Of a stretch of 64,000 nucleotides of DNA, positions 14,660 through 27,182 are shown piece by piece (the first letter of the stretch is position 1; each line of letters begins with the position of its first letter). The stretch spans positions 434,001 through 498,000 of the forward strand of contig NIVC01000445.1 in NCBI GenBank assembly GCA_002269645.1. Reading direction: 5' to 3'. The position numbers and the translations under genes are program-made. Under the pieces are notes generated by a model that searched no databases, was not told where the DNA came from, and saw only the letters and a program-made list of their open reading frames with translations. This DNA is from Macrostomum lignano. Lineage: Eukaryota.

Positions 14660-17254
14660 AAAAAGTTAAAACAATGCAAGCTTATATTGTAATTAAGCTT
14701 AAAAATTGAAATTAACGTACGGCCGTGCAAAGATAGAGTTGTTGGAGTCGAAGGTTGTTGAGCGAAGGCAGCAGGTTGTACTTCCGGAGTATTAAAGAAA
14801 TCTAAATACAGTAAAACAAACTAAATGACAAGTAATGTGATTTTACCGCACTAATGTATTATAATTTGTATTGATGATTCACATTTACAATTAAAAAAAA
14901 CTTGAAAATCTAAAATTAATAACAATAACTGGATAAATGGTGACGATCTTATTATTTGACTGGCAGTTCAACCGCGTCCATATGGACTATATATAGTCCA
15001 AAGACTCTAATCTTGTGTACACGAGATATACGGGGCTTTTTAGCCCAACAAATGCATGCAGCCGGTGCAAACCTACTAGTATTGCAGGCTATACAGCTCT
15101 ACGTCAAGAAACATCCGTAATAAAATGGCGCAAGTTTGTTTTTTACTTTGACCAGGTTTTAGAATAGAATTGGGAGCTTACTGCAGTCTGCTTAGCTTAA
15201 CTTTATTAGGCCAGGCCCTACGCCCTAGGGCCTATTTCTATCCTATTATAGTCCTACTAAACAATTTCCTACTAGGCCGATATCAGTTTTCGATTTGTTA
15301 ATATTTTTCTTATTGCATGATATAATAACAAATAATCTTATTTCAATACTTGACCATAATGACAAAGCCTTGATATAATATTTATATACTTATATACTTT
15401 TATACATATCAAGTCGAAAAGTCCTTGTAATTGTGGTCAAGTATTGAAATAGGAAGATAGGGCCTATCCCTAAGTGATAGGGCCTATTCCCAGGTGAATC
15501 CCTAGGTTGCACCCAAGCATGATCTGTATACATATATATTGTACATGTAGTATACATACATGCATGCCACACAGTGAATGTTTACATTATAATCAGGTTT
15601 ATTATAAACCAAATGTAAAATGCAATGTTTTGAAATTTAATGAATTATAAATTTTATAAGAACTTTACAAATCATTAAGTTTTGTCAAAACAATGCATAT
15701 AAGCAATAAGTGCAAGTGGATATAAGCCATGTGGTTACCAGAAGTCATTCATATTAGAAAGTATATGTTTACAAGTCATTTAAAAGTCTTGCACTTAGCT
15801 GCAATTTAGGTATTACTATTAGTATTGCTATTGCTATTGTTCTGCTTTGTTCACAAAATACAGAATATGGCTAAGTTACTAAGTATTATATAGCCGAGCA
15901 AGAATATACAAATAAAAAATATCTGCTGTAGTACTATTTCTTCTACTGCTCCATTTGTACTTGCAGCTGCTTCTACCATACCCAATGTTATTCTTATAGT
16001 CCTTGTTGCATTAGTATGGCATGCATAGATACTAGTAGCATCTCCCTGTAGAGCAGCTGAATGAGAGGGTATAGGGTGAGTTGCACTCTCAGCCTACTGC
16101 TTTAGTCACTAATGCTAACCTTCCACCTTGTTTGTCTAGATAAACTGGCCAATGGCCATAAAAATGTTTTTTTTTCATCAATGCAATGTATAGGGTTGGT
16201 CAGTCAAATACTATTGATGTACTTAGCCAGGTCCAGTAAAAGTGGTGCTTATATTATACTCTAGTGATAACTTGTACCAGGTTATTGTTCATATGCTAGT
16301 ATGGTAAATATAGCAGGCCCATGGGTATCCTAGTGATTTTTTTTGTACATGGGTCTATCTCTATCAGGTAGGCCTGTTATACTCCTAGATACTAAATGCA
16401 ACAAAATATTACCTATGCATAGTGAAAAAGGCAGCCTTGAAGCCTGACTATAGGGAAGATGGCTTGCAAGGCCTGTCATACAATATATGTAGCATGTGAA
16501 GAGAGTATAATAGAGAGAATCTTTTTAAGTTTTGAGAGAATAGTGGACATTAGACAGAGTTGAAAGGGGTGGCATGAAGAGAAATATATGAAAGTGAATG
16601 AGTAAACTAAGTATATAAGAGTACAAAAAAATTAAAGGCATCTGCTTCTGTAAAAGCAAAGATACTAGTTATTGAATTTTGATTATAATAGAACTGCAAC
16701 ATGCTCACATAATTGGTCTAATCAATAGCCAACTGAAATGTGTCTATAAATTCTTAAAATTCCCTAAATTAATTCTGGGATATATGAAAAAAGTTATATT
16801 CAATACAAAACTAACATTAGGCCTAATTAAGTTGGACTACTTGTCAATTCTATAAAAGTGAAGAATTTTGTAAATACTCTTGCATCTATCCATAGCAATA
16901 TATTAGTGTAACTACCCTCTTTGCAACATTCTTAGGTCTGATTTACTTGTTTGCACATAGGAAAGTAAGGCCTAAGAACTTTTTTGTTTTTGTTCTGTTT
17001 TGTTTTTTTGACAAAGGCAATGTTTTTTATTATGACCTATAGCCTATAGGGCCTATTATCTTGGCCCAGGAATATCTTAGGACTTTGTTAATGTAAGCTT
17101 TGTGTTTAACTATTAAATATACTAATCTAGCATAGGCTTAAGCTTAATAGGTTATTAGGGGTTGACAAACTTTCTTTAACAGCTAGATAAAAATCTATAT
17201 TATTAAGACTCTAGGTCAAAGGAAAAAAGAAAAGAGAGAAGTATATCTCTTATT

Positions 17255-17786
17255 CAGTGGTGTGATTCAGGCGCGAATTCGCGCCAGGCACGAAAATGGC
17301 GCGAATGCGCGAATCCTGGGGGTCTGGCGCGAAATTTTGTGGAACCATGGGCGGGAAAATTGCATTCTTATTTTCTGCTTTTTACACTTATTCTCTTGTC
17401 AGACAGTATGAAATACAAGAATGTCATAGCTTAGGAGATTAATCTAACAAACTGAGTTCAATCTCAGGCGTCAGCAGCAGAATGTGCAGAAGAAGAAGCA
17501 GAAGGAGGCAGAGAAGCTAGCTGAGCTCGTCTTGAAGCGCAAGGCTGCTGAGCTGCTGTCAACGTCGTCAATCACCAGCACGAGCAGTCGTCTGCCTGCA
17601 GACATCGCCAACAAGAAGTTCAGGGGGGGACACGGCTGTGACTTAAGAGACATGCTAATTGGTAGCCAGACGCATCTTCAAAAGTGTCATCAATTGACTT
17701 ATTTGGCTGTCAATAGAATATTATTGGCATGGCGCAAAAATTTTCAGTCGGCGCGAAATTTGGCAAACTTTCCAATCACACCACTG
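17255..17786. mobile_element. Non-autonomous hAT-type DNA transposon, 532 bp
   Basis: 13-bp perfect TIR CAGTGGTGTGATT/AATCACACCACTG and perfect 8-bp TSD CTCTTATT (17247-17254 and 17787-17794). An 8-bp TSD with CAG termini is typical of hAT. Confidence 0.88.
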
Positions 17787-19289
17787 CTCTTATTCAAAAA
17801 ATGCAAATATATTAAAAACCATAGCCACACAGACTAAAGATTTATATTTGCAAAATGGCAAATAAAGTTACTTTTTCATAGGAAGCTGACATGAATAATC
17901 AAAATTGCCAGAGGGTCTAAAGTGATTAAAAAAGATATGCACATAGTATTAGTATATGAATTATTTTATAATAGCTAAGTACTTTAAAAAAGTCTTGATT
18001 TAATTCAGAGTTAGTGCTAGATAAAAATCTAAAAGTCTAGCCTTCAAAACTCTCAATGATAAGATAAAAATTGGTAAGAATTAAAGTATGTGATAAAAAG
18101 CTATGTGCATATCAAAGGCTGAATTTATAACACTCAAGGATCTAGTAGCTATGGCAGAGCAATACCAAGGCTTATTAGTGTTTGGGCACCTTGTCCATTA
18201 GGATGCATCAGTATAGATTAAATTAAGAAACTGCTTATTTACTACACTATTTACTATTTACTACACTAAAAGATTTTTATATGAATTGATTAAGCTATAC
18301 TTTTTATAAAAACCAAAATTCATAAAAAAATTCCCACTTCTATGCATCAGCTCAATTTGTGATAAATGGGAAGATGAATAAGATAGAGATAAGAACAAAG
18401 ATAAAAGAAAAGGGCAATACTTGCTAAAAAGTCTAAAAATTTAGTAACATTGATTCTATTCCTTTTCTATGACTTGCATACACCTATATAGTAATAATTC
18501 TTTTACACAACATAGTGCTGCATTTTTAGCTATATACTAGCAATCTGCACTGCGTTTGTTAGATAAGAAAAGAATATTTTCTTGAATGAGCTAGGTATAG
18601 GTATTTTGACCTTGTACATCCACTATTGTTGGCATCCTATAAGAAAATATATATTTAAAGCAAGAAACCTAAAAGCTAGCTGTCTAGCCTATTATATCGG
18701 AATCCTCTGTGAGCTTTGAGATCAAAGCTTCTCTTTAAGCCATGGCTTAACCCTAACTCCATTTGATATACCTTTGGCTTGGCCTACCAACAACTTCATG
18801 TTAACAACCTCCCATAAGCCACAGCATTTCAGCAATCCCCTCACGAGTATTGGCATCTTAGCAGTTCCTCAGTGAGCATTGACATTTTAGCAACTCCACC
18901 TGTGAGTTTTTCTACCTTAGTGAGTAGTGACTCCACCTGTGAGTCTTGCTATCTCAGCAATTTTCAAAATGAGCCTTTATATCTTAGCAATCCCCCATGA
19001 GCCACAGCATTTCATTAATCCCCTCATGAGTTTTGACATCTCAGCAGTTCCCAATGAGCTCTGGTTTTCAGCTATTCACCCTTCTATTAGAGCCATTGTT
19101 ATTATTGCCATTGTCACTGTCCATACTCCTTACTTCTTTACGTTTCTGTTTTCCAATTTGCTTGATAAATAGCAGAGCACTGCAAAAGTCAACAGGAGTT
19201 TCCTGTTGCACCTAACAACCTGGCTTCATTGGGGCGGCCCGAAGTTCTAGCTTGCTTTGCATTATTTGATGTGTCATTTTGACGCCTCT

Positions 19290-19680
19290 TTGTTGGCAGA
19301 AATGTCCTAGTAATAAGATCTTGCAGCACTTTGCAATGGTTCTTCGCATAGGTTATTTTCCTTTTCCTCAACTGTAGCATCAATGTCTTCCAGATGGATT
19401 TGATCGATGGTTTTCCCTTTCAGCTTGTCAAATTGGCCGGCTTCGATAGTGAGCATTAGTTTTCCAACCTTTGCCAACTCAATAGCGTCTTAATGAAGCC
19501 GATAAAAAGGTGTTTTGTACCTTTAAGCTATGCCAGATTGGTTGGACAGCACATTCAAGTTTATTATCTCGTAGTTCTAGTATTTAAGACACAGTTGCAA
19601 CATATTTTTTCAGATAAGTAGAGGCCAGTCATTCGGGAAATTTAGCTACCAATTTGCCTAACAGATACAAAACAGACACC
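19290..19680 (-). pseudogene. Decayed tyrosine-recombinase ORF fragment (Crypton-like DNA transposon)
   Basis: Manual minus-strand translation across stops and one frameshift: AKFPE*LASTYLKKYVATVS*ILELRDNKLE..WHSLKVQNTFYRLH*DAIELAKVGKLMLTIEAGQFDKLKGKTIDQI. This resembles the C-terminal STKLRKHIAT...GH..VH..FYRL...LAKVSKLL...G..F.GK.LDEI signature of metazoan YR elements (recalled, not searched). Confidence 0.6.
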
Positions 19681-19994
19681 ATTTTTTGAAAATGGGTTGT
19701 GGGAAATTTTGATTTTCGTGGACCTCGGTTTAGATGGACCGCGTGAAGGATCCAAGTAAACTGAAACTCTTGTAACTTGGAACCAACAGCACTTTGAATG
19801 AGCAACTTTGAGGACCACCTTTGTTAGACTCCATTTTTAGGTCTATTTAAAATTTGTTAGACTCCATTTTAGGTCTATTTAAAAAGTTTTAGCTTTTTAT
19901 GTCGAAAAAATATAGAGTGGACCATGTAAGGGGGGTCCAGATAACATTGGTGATCCATGTAAGGAGGGAAAAATACTGACGAAATGTCCAAGTA

Positions 19995-20440
<446 letters not shown>

Positions 20441-20561
20441 ACTAAAATGTGAGCTTTGACATCTCATCAATCCCCCCAACAGCCAAAGCATTTCAGTAAT
20501 TCCCCCACCACATCTCAGCAATTTTGCTCACTATCAATTATCTGCAGCACCACGGCCAGCC

Positions 20562-23304
20562 ATGACAGCAGCGGGAGCCAAGCCGATAAGTTTCTTTCAC
20601 GCCGTTGATTGGAGCATAGTCTTCAGTAAGGATCACGGTCGCGACATTAATGTTGAGAAAATGTGCGACGTCGGCGCTTTGCTAATTGAATTCTTTGATT
20701 TGCTCGGCTTCGCTTTCAAGCCCGTGCGCAACGATGTTGCCGGAAATCTAAAAAAGATCCGCAACTCGTTTGAAGCTGAGCCCAACGAACGACGGACGGT
20801 GAGTGTTTTTGGTGCTGTGATAATAATAGTGCCTGAGATTGCTGCTTTGAGGCTGACTGAGACTGTTCCGACTGACTGATAGACTTCATTAATGATAAGT
20901 TAAATCAGTCATTATTAGTTTATTAAAGGCTAACATAATTATTACTGGCTCAGTATAAACGCTATTTATTAAAAAGTTATTATCGAGTTATTATCTGGAG
21001 CATGATAGCAAGCCAATTTTGCCTATTTGTCACTGTCGTGGCTGAACTGCATAAATAAAACTCAATGGGGAGGCTAAAATTGCAAAAACATCACGAAAAC
21101 TAAATCTGTAAATGGTAAATGACTGCAGGATAAAATCACTCAGCTGCATTGTCCCCAATGCAGGCCTGGCATATTTGTTCCAAGTGCTCAGCGCAGCAAT
21201 GCTTCTGACAGTTGGCACATCGCGTTCGCATCTGCGGTCAGCTGAGCGGCTGCACAGGTGGCACCTGCCCTTCTGAACTGCAAGTGCTGAAGCGGGCATG
21301 TGCCTAACAGCTTCTACCTGGTGCCTCAGTGGCTGCGTCAAAGTCTTGCCCAATGCCACCAGATATAGCCTGCGTCGATAGGGAGCATTAGCTGTTTGGA
21401 AAGACAGCCTCGTGGAGCAGGAAAGCGTACAGACTGACGATGTTCAGAAGGTTGCAAAACACTGCCGCATGCCAGCGCCTCGACTTGTACTTAGTTGAGT
21501 ACAAGGATGTCATCTGATCCATCAGGTCTGTGCCACCATTCGTTGCATTGTAGTCGAGGATGACCTGAGGCTTCTGGGCTGGATGCGCCAAAATGTGTGG
21601 ACTGCTGTGCTGCGATGACAGAATCAGCACCAGCTTATTTGCCTTGGCCTTGTATGTAGCCAACTGAATTTTGTCCTCTTCCGTGTAGGCAAATTCAGTT
21701 GAGTGAAGCTGCCTGCCTCGGCAGGTTCGCATCTGCAGCGGCACCTCTCGGCGATGTGCTCGCATGCTGCCTAGAAGAGTAAGGTTCCAGTGTTGAAGAC
21801 TTCGTGCCAGGCTGAGTGAGCAGAAGAAATTGTCCACCGTGATCCCTATACGCTCGTACCTGATCCTCGCAGGCCTTCAGCCAACTTCAGCACCACATGT
21901 TCACCAAGACTGACCTCTTGATGCTCGTCACGTCCGGCATACATCTCCAGGTTCCAGCAGTAGGCGTTGGCTGCATCGTTCAGGCACCAGAACTTGAGAC
22001 CGTACTTTGCCGGCTTCATTGGCATGTACCGGCAGCGGCCTCGGTAAGGGAATAGTTGTTCATCAACTGTCACCGCTCCAGATGGAACATAACACTTTTG
22101 GGAGTTGCTCACAAATCCATCGAGCAGGAGGCGAACAGCTGCAAGCTTGTCTCTCAGCAGCCGCGCTTCCCTCGTTACTCGGTTGTCAAAACGAAGGAAA
22201 CGGAGAAGGCTCTTGAAGCGAGACAAGCTCATCGTCTCGGAGAAGATCTTTCACCCATAGTCCTTGCTCCAAAGCTCCTCAATGCTCTCCATATGCCCTT
22301 GAATACACCTTGGATGCAAAGACCGATGTAGCAGTATATCTCGTCTCTTGTTGTTGGAGACCAGGCGCGACCGAGAACTCTAGTGGCCTCTCGATTCGTT
22401 TCGACAACAATGACAACCATGTCGGTGTCAAACAGGAGTTTGAAGGCAGACTCTTCATCATGCAGTCTTGCTGTGGCGAACTGCGTTATGCCAGGCCGGA
22501 GACGCAGAATGTTGGCTGCTGGCCTCTGCCCAACTCGTGGTGGTGGATTCGTGCTCCAGGCCTGACCGCTTGGGCTCACGTAGCGATGGCCCACAGTTCC
22601 GGCCACATTTCCGGCCTGTGCTGCAGGCTCTGGTGACTCCGTCCTGGAAGAGTCACTGGATGAGCTTCCGGGAGCACCATGAAGCTCCACCTCAAGCTCC
22701 GCCTCCTCGATGTCAGACAGAGCTTCCTCTTGGTCAGACTCTTTTAAGTCAACATGTGCATCGGGAATGCTAACGTCTTGAGAAAGAATTGTCTACAGCG
22801 CACGAGATTTGGCTTCCCGCATTGGTCTGGCCATCCTTGTCACAACGTAGAAGCGGCACTACAGCGTCAGAAAAACTTTTTGTCAAAGCTGGCGTGGTCG
22901 AAAGTAATGAGGTTTGCTTTGCAATGGCCTTTATTGCTGGTGCATTGGCCATAGACATTCACTTATTATATACTTGGCCATAGATACTTGGGGTCCAATG
23001 GACCCCATAAATCAGAAACCGAATAAGCTTAATTATTGAAGCTTCTGTACATGACAGTGTTATTACTTTACGTGCATATACAGACCCTAGAATTAGTTAT
23101 TTTATTTGCTTATTTCTCTGTGGGGTACAATGGACCCCATTTATCGTTTGAGGGTTAATCCCTGGCTAGGATTAAGATCTTGAGTTTTCAGAGGAGGAGC
23201 TGAGATTGGCGAAATTCTGTCGTCACCTGGGATTCTATAGCATCTAGTTGATGACAGTAAAACTAGAGCGAGTGCGGTAACAATAATGTTTCCGAGTGTT
23301 AGAT

Positions 23305-23395
<91 letters not shown>

Positions 23396-25377
23396 GTTAG
23401 ACACTAAGACAGATAGACGTAATAGCCGTAAAGACGGTCTCTAACTGCTTTTGCCCTGGCTGCCTTCTGGCGGCATTTCTCGGGTTGTGCGCAATCCAAT
23501 TGGCCTATCTATCGAGTAGCCCAATCTTAAGTGTCCTCGCCGGAGGCGATGTACACATCTAAAAATAGACCCTGTACTTTTTCTAATTTTCGGCCCTGCC
23601 TTGGTTTAGGAGGGTCTACCTGGAGTGAGTGGGACTCTGGACTGCAGTGTGGCTAGATCGGGACTTGAGTCCCCCGGTCGTACCCGCCCTGCAGGAAAGA
23701 CGACCATTCACAAAAATGTACGGTAGAGCCCATTAGATGCCAGCCCTGAGGCTGAGCCCCAGAATTAGGGTTCAAGTCATTTTTTAGTCCTTTGTGTTTT
23801 AGCTTTGTGCTTTTATCCCTGGCATTTCAGCCGCCCAATCTTTTGATTTATGAGCTCTGCACTTCCTGGTCCATCTTGCTCGCCTTGGTCCATCTGCTGG
23901 CTCCTCTGGTAGTCTCCCTGCTTATTGTGCCTTGGCTCTCATCTCTGACATTGGATTGGTGTCCTGGGGTTGATGTTCGTCCCGAATCAGGGGAAAACCG
24001 GCTGAGTCTGGTTTGCGCCCTCTCTCCGACCCCTTGGCCTGGCCTTATTCGAGCTGGATAGCAAAAAAGCCTTGAGGCTTGCAGCCCTATAGGAGGTCTT
24101 CCGAGGGGCCTACCTGACAGGAAACTCACCCTTGGTAAACTAGCTGCCCAGACTCGCCCCAATCTAAAGCATCTTTCCGTAGACTTCGGGTTCTCCCGCT
24201 CTCGAACCGCTTTCCAAAAATTTTGGAAAATTTTTGCGCACACTCGGGTTTTGTCATTGGGGGGGGGTGGCTTGGGTGGATTCGGTCCTTGCACCGTCCC
24301 TGATTCCACAGTTGGTTTGGCGGTGTCTTAGTCCATAGGCTTGGGTTAGTAGCACCCAATAAGGCTTTCACCAGGCCTTTAGTCCTAGTCCCAATCTGGG
24401 CCTCTCGGGATTTGGCCCCTGGCAGTATAGCCCCACTATAATTCAGCAGCAAAGCCCTTCTCTGGGCTGATCCGCGGGTAGCTCCCAGCTTCCGTCCTCG
24501 TTTAACAAGACAGATAGACAGACAGACAGACAAACACTAAGACAGGCAGGCAGATGATAAAGCAGGCATCAATAGGCATTATGACACCAAAACATTCACT
24601 AAGGCGGACGGACAGCAAGACGTTAAAACGTTGCAAACTGGCGCTTATAACCGTCCATTACTGAGCTTTTTAAGCGTAAGATTCATAGTGCCAGCTAGCG
24701 ACAGTCAGAAACATCTCCACCCTACCCTTGACATTGCTGAGGCTCTCTTACCCAAAGAAGCTGGGAAAAATACACTGAAAAACACGGGTTGTTAATTCGG
24801 GATTAAGAAATTAATTTGAATTCCGCCTTAATCTCTTACTAAGATCATGCTTGCCATAAGCTAGACTATACGGACATTTATATACCACCCTCCGCCGCAG
24901 ATTGGCGAGCTGCTGCAGCGCGAGTCGGACACAAAAGCGGACAAGAAAGACCCAAGCGGGACCATCGGCCTGCTGTGGTTCAAGCGCGCCCTCGAATATA
25001 TATACAAGCTGCTAACACTAATATATGAGAGCCGCGATCGAGTGGAAGATTTTGGCACGTCGGAGCTCAGCGTTAAAGCTTACGACTGCACCCTGAGGCA
25101 CCGGCACGGCTGGTTCATGCGCAAAACATTCAACCTGGTGTCCTCGGCGTCGCCCTACCGCAGCAAGCTGATAGAGAAGCTGGCCTATGGCAACGTCGAA
25201 CTGCCGCATTCTCAGATCTACGCAGCTATGGAACCGTTTCTTGACGGCATGCGCAGCTTCGTTGAGAACATGGACAGCCTGCTGATCAGCTTTGGCGTTG
25301 AGACGCCGATAGGCGCGGCGACTGCGGAGGCTGCCGCAGACGAAGACGCTGCTGCAGCTGATACAGCCGCTGCTTAA
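20562..25377 (+). CDS. GLTP: Glycolipid transfer protein family member (237 aa)
   Basis: Exon 20562-20798 (FFDLLGFAFKPVRNDVAGNLKKI; donor GTGAGT) joins exon 24901-25377 in phase 0 (CCGCAG acceptor; GTIGLLWFKRALEY, YDCTLRHRHGWF). The GLTP sugar-binding D, N, K, W, R and H residues are present. Confidence 0.9.
21040..23154 (-). mobile_element. piggyBac DNA transposon with frameshifted transposase, in the GLTP intron
   Basis: Consecutive ORF fragments carry MSLSRFKSLLRFLRFD, TVDEQL, KPAKYGLK, TVDNFF, YNATNGGTDLMDQ, RRW and a Cys-rich C-terminus (RCHLC..RCANCQKHCCAEH..CQAC, frameshifted near 21225). One end reads TTAA|CCCT on the minus strand (TTAA at 23155-23158). No matching terminus was found at the other end, so the left boundary is approximate. 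Confidence 0.9.
23155..23400 (-). repeat. Interspersed repeat with internal (TGTC)n, copy 1
   Basis: The reverse complement shares ATTAT.GTTACCGCAC.CGCTCT, AGGTGACGACAGAATTTCG and AAGATCT.AATCCTAG.CAGGGATTAA with 47930-48155; both copies directly follow a (TGTC)n tract. Confidence 0.7.
23419..24507. mobile_element. Putative solo LTR or unclassified 1.09-kb insertion in a GACA tract
   Basis: Unique GC-rich block with ends GTAAT...TTAACA flanked by AGAC on both sides. The initial T of the canonical TG is missing and the flanks are repetitive, so TSD evidence is weak. Confidence 0.35.
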
Positions 25378-26037
25378 GCATGCGTCGGAATGATCGAATA
25401 ATTTCATTATTTTCCAATGACTAATTGATGGATTTCAGATAGATTTATTCTCTTTAAGCTTTTTATAGCAAAATTGCTACTTTTTTCTATTTAAACTCGC
25501 GGTACGGTTTAGTAATTGTTAGCTTTTTGTTTTAGCCCCAATTTTATCCATAGTAGTGTGTGATATAATATTTTGAAAACTAGATAACGTGTTAGATGAC
25601 GCTTTTTTGGCGAGAATTTGAATTTTTTTGGTAAGCCAGTAATACTGTATTGGTGAAAGTTGTTTGCGCTTAGCTCCACAGGCACTTATTATTTAAGGCC
25701 ATTATTGTAAGCAGCATATCAGTAACCTGCTCCTAGAACATTATAAATAACACTAATTCGTAATTTGTAAAGCGTATTAATAATGCGTTTGTTCAAAAAA
25801 CGTTCTTTTGATTTCAACTTATTTCTGCTTTAAGCTGGCATGTTGAGTATTAAGCTTAAGCTCTTAGTCTATGTAGCTCCTTCAATGTTTTGTATCGTTT
25901 GCTGTGCGAGTGTACGGTCGCTGTTGGCTTTACGCTTATTTAGGACAGCTAGCCTATTGAATCCTATTGATCTATTGATTACTTGTTTCTGGAAGACTAT
26001 TTAGTGGTTTGAATCATATTTCCACGTGTCGTTACCA

Positions 26038-26250
26038 GATGTACACTCGGCCGCGCTAGGCTAACCCCAACCATCCCTTACCCCAATGTACACTCGGCCG
26101 CGCTAGGCTAACCCCAGCCATCCCTTACCCCAATGTACACTCGGCCGCGCTAGGCTAACCCCAGCCATCCCTTACCCCAATGTACACTTGGCAGCGCTAG
26201 GCTAACCCCAACCATCCCTTACCCCAATGTACACTCGGCCGCGCTAGGCT
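26038..26250. repeat. 47-bp tandem repeat (GTACACTCGGCCGCGCTAGGCTAACCCCAGCCATCCCTTACCCCAAT)
   Basis: About 4.5 units, starts at 26041, 26088 and onward. Confidence 0.92.
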
Positions 26251-27045
26251 GCAGTGGCCAATTCGATATACATTCTTTCAGATCAACACTCCTTTTTATT
26301 ATCGTACAACGGCTCTATTCAATTAAGCTAATGAAGTGCCTTTCTTTATAAAAATGAATTCGTTGTTTTTGACTCAAGCATACGTCACAATATATATTAT
26401 TAAAGATAAACACTTACGTATCTTAAACTGCGGGTCACAGGTGATTTCAGATCTGATATTTTGATGTTTTAAAAAAGTTTTTCGTCTTTTTCTTTATATT
26501 CCGAACGCTTTAACTTCGTCAAACAACATGTGTATGTTGTTTCAATTTCCTGTTGGTTTGTTCGTTTATCATGCTTTTTATCAGGTGTCCAGCCAGTCAT
26601 TCCGCGAGTACTGAATATTTATATTATTGTAATCTCGATTGCTTTTGAATCCAGTTTTTTTAATCCAAATGGCTTTGTTCGTCATTATGCTCGTATATAG
26701 TAAAATTATGAATCTTTAGTACATATATTTATGGATAAAGTATGGTGTCATGTTATTGCCACAGATACTAGAATAACTAGATACATGTATGTCACTTGCA
26801 ATTAAAATATTTTTTTCAGTAGTTGTCTGCGCTAATGTAATTTAAATTTGATGTAGAAGGTAAAACTCCTTTCCTTCCTCAGGGCTTGCGGCCTCAAGAG
26901 AATATGGGATTAAGAATGAACAAGCATTTGTTAACTCAATGTACACAAATGAACGCAAGACGGACGAAACTCAGCCTAGGGGGGGGGGAGGCCCAATCTA
27001 GCTCAGCCAATGAGAGAGCAGTAGAGAGATGTCTGGGCGGGGTCC

Positions 27046-27182
27046 ATGAGAATTGCCCGCCGAGATTTGCCCGCAGGAGATTTGCCCGTGGAGATTTGCC
27101 CGCCGAGCTTTTCCCGCGGAGATTTGCCCGCAGTGCATTTTGCCCGTGAGCGAATTGCCCGTGGAGATTTGCCCGCCGAGGT
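27046..27182. repeat. Short GAGATTTGCCCGC repeat cluster (foldback-arm-like)
   Basis: About 8 degenerate units following GGGGTCCATG; no inverted partner seen in the window. Confidence 0.7.

Noticed and set aside
23848-24533. Minus-strand ORFs in the 1.09-kb insertion as gag-like proteins
   Set aside because: No zinc knuckle, capsid or other recognisable motif.
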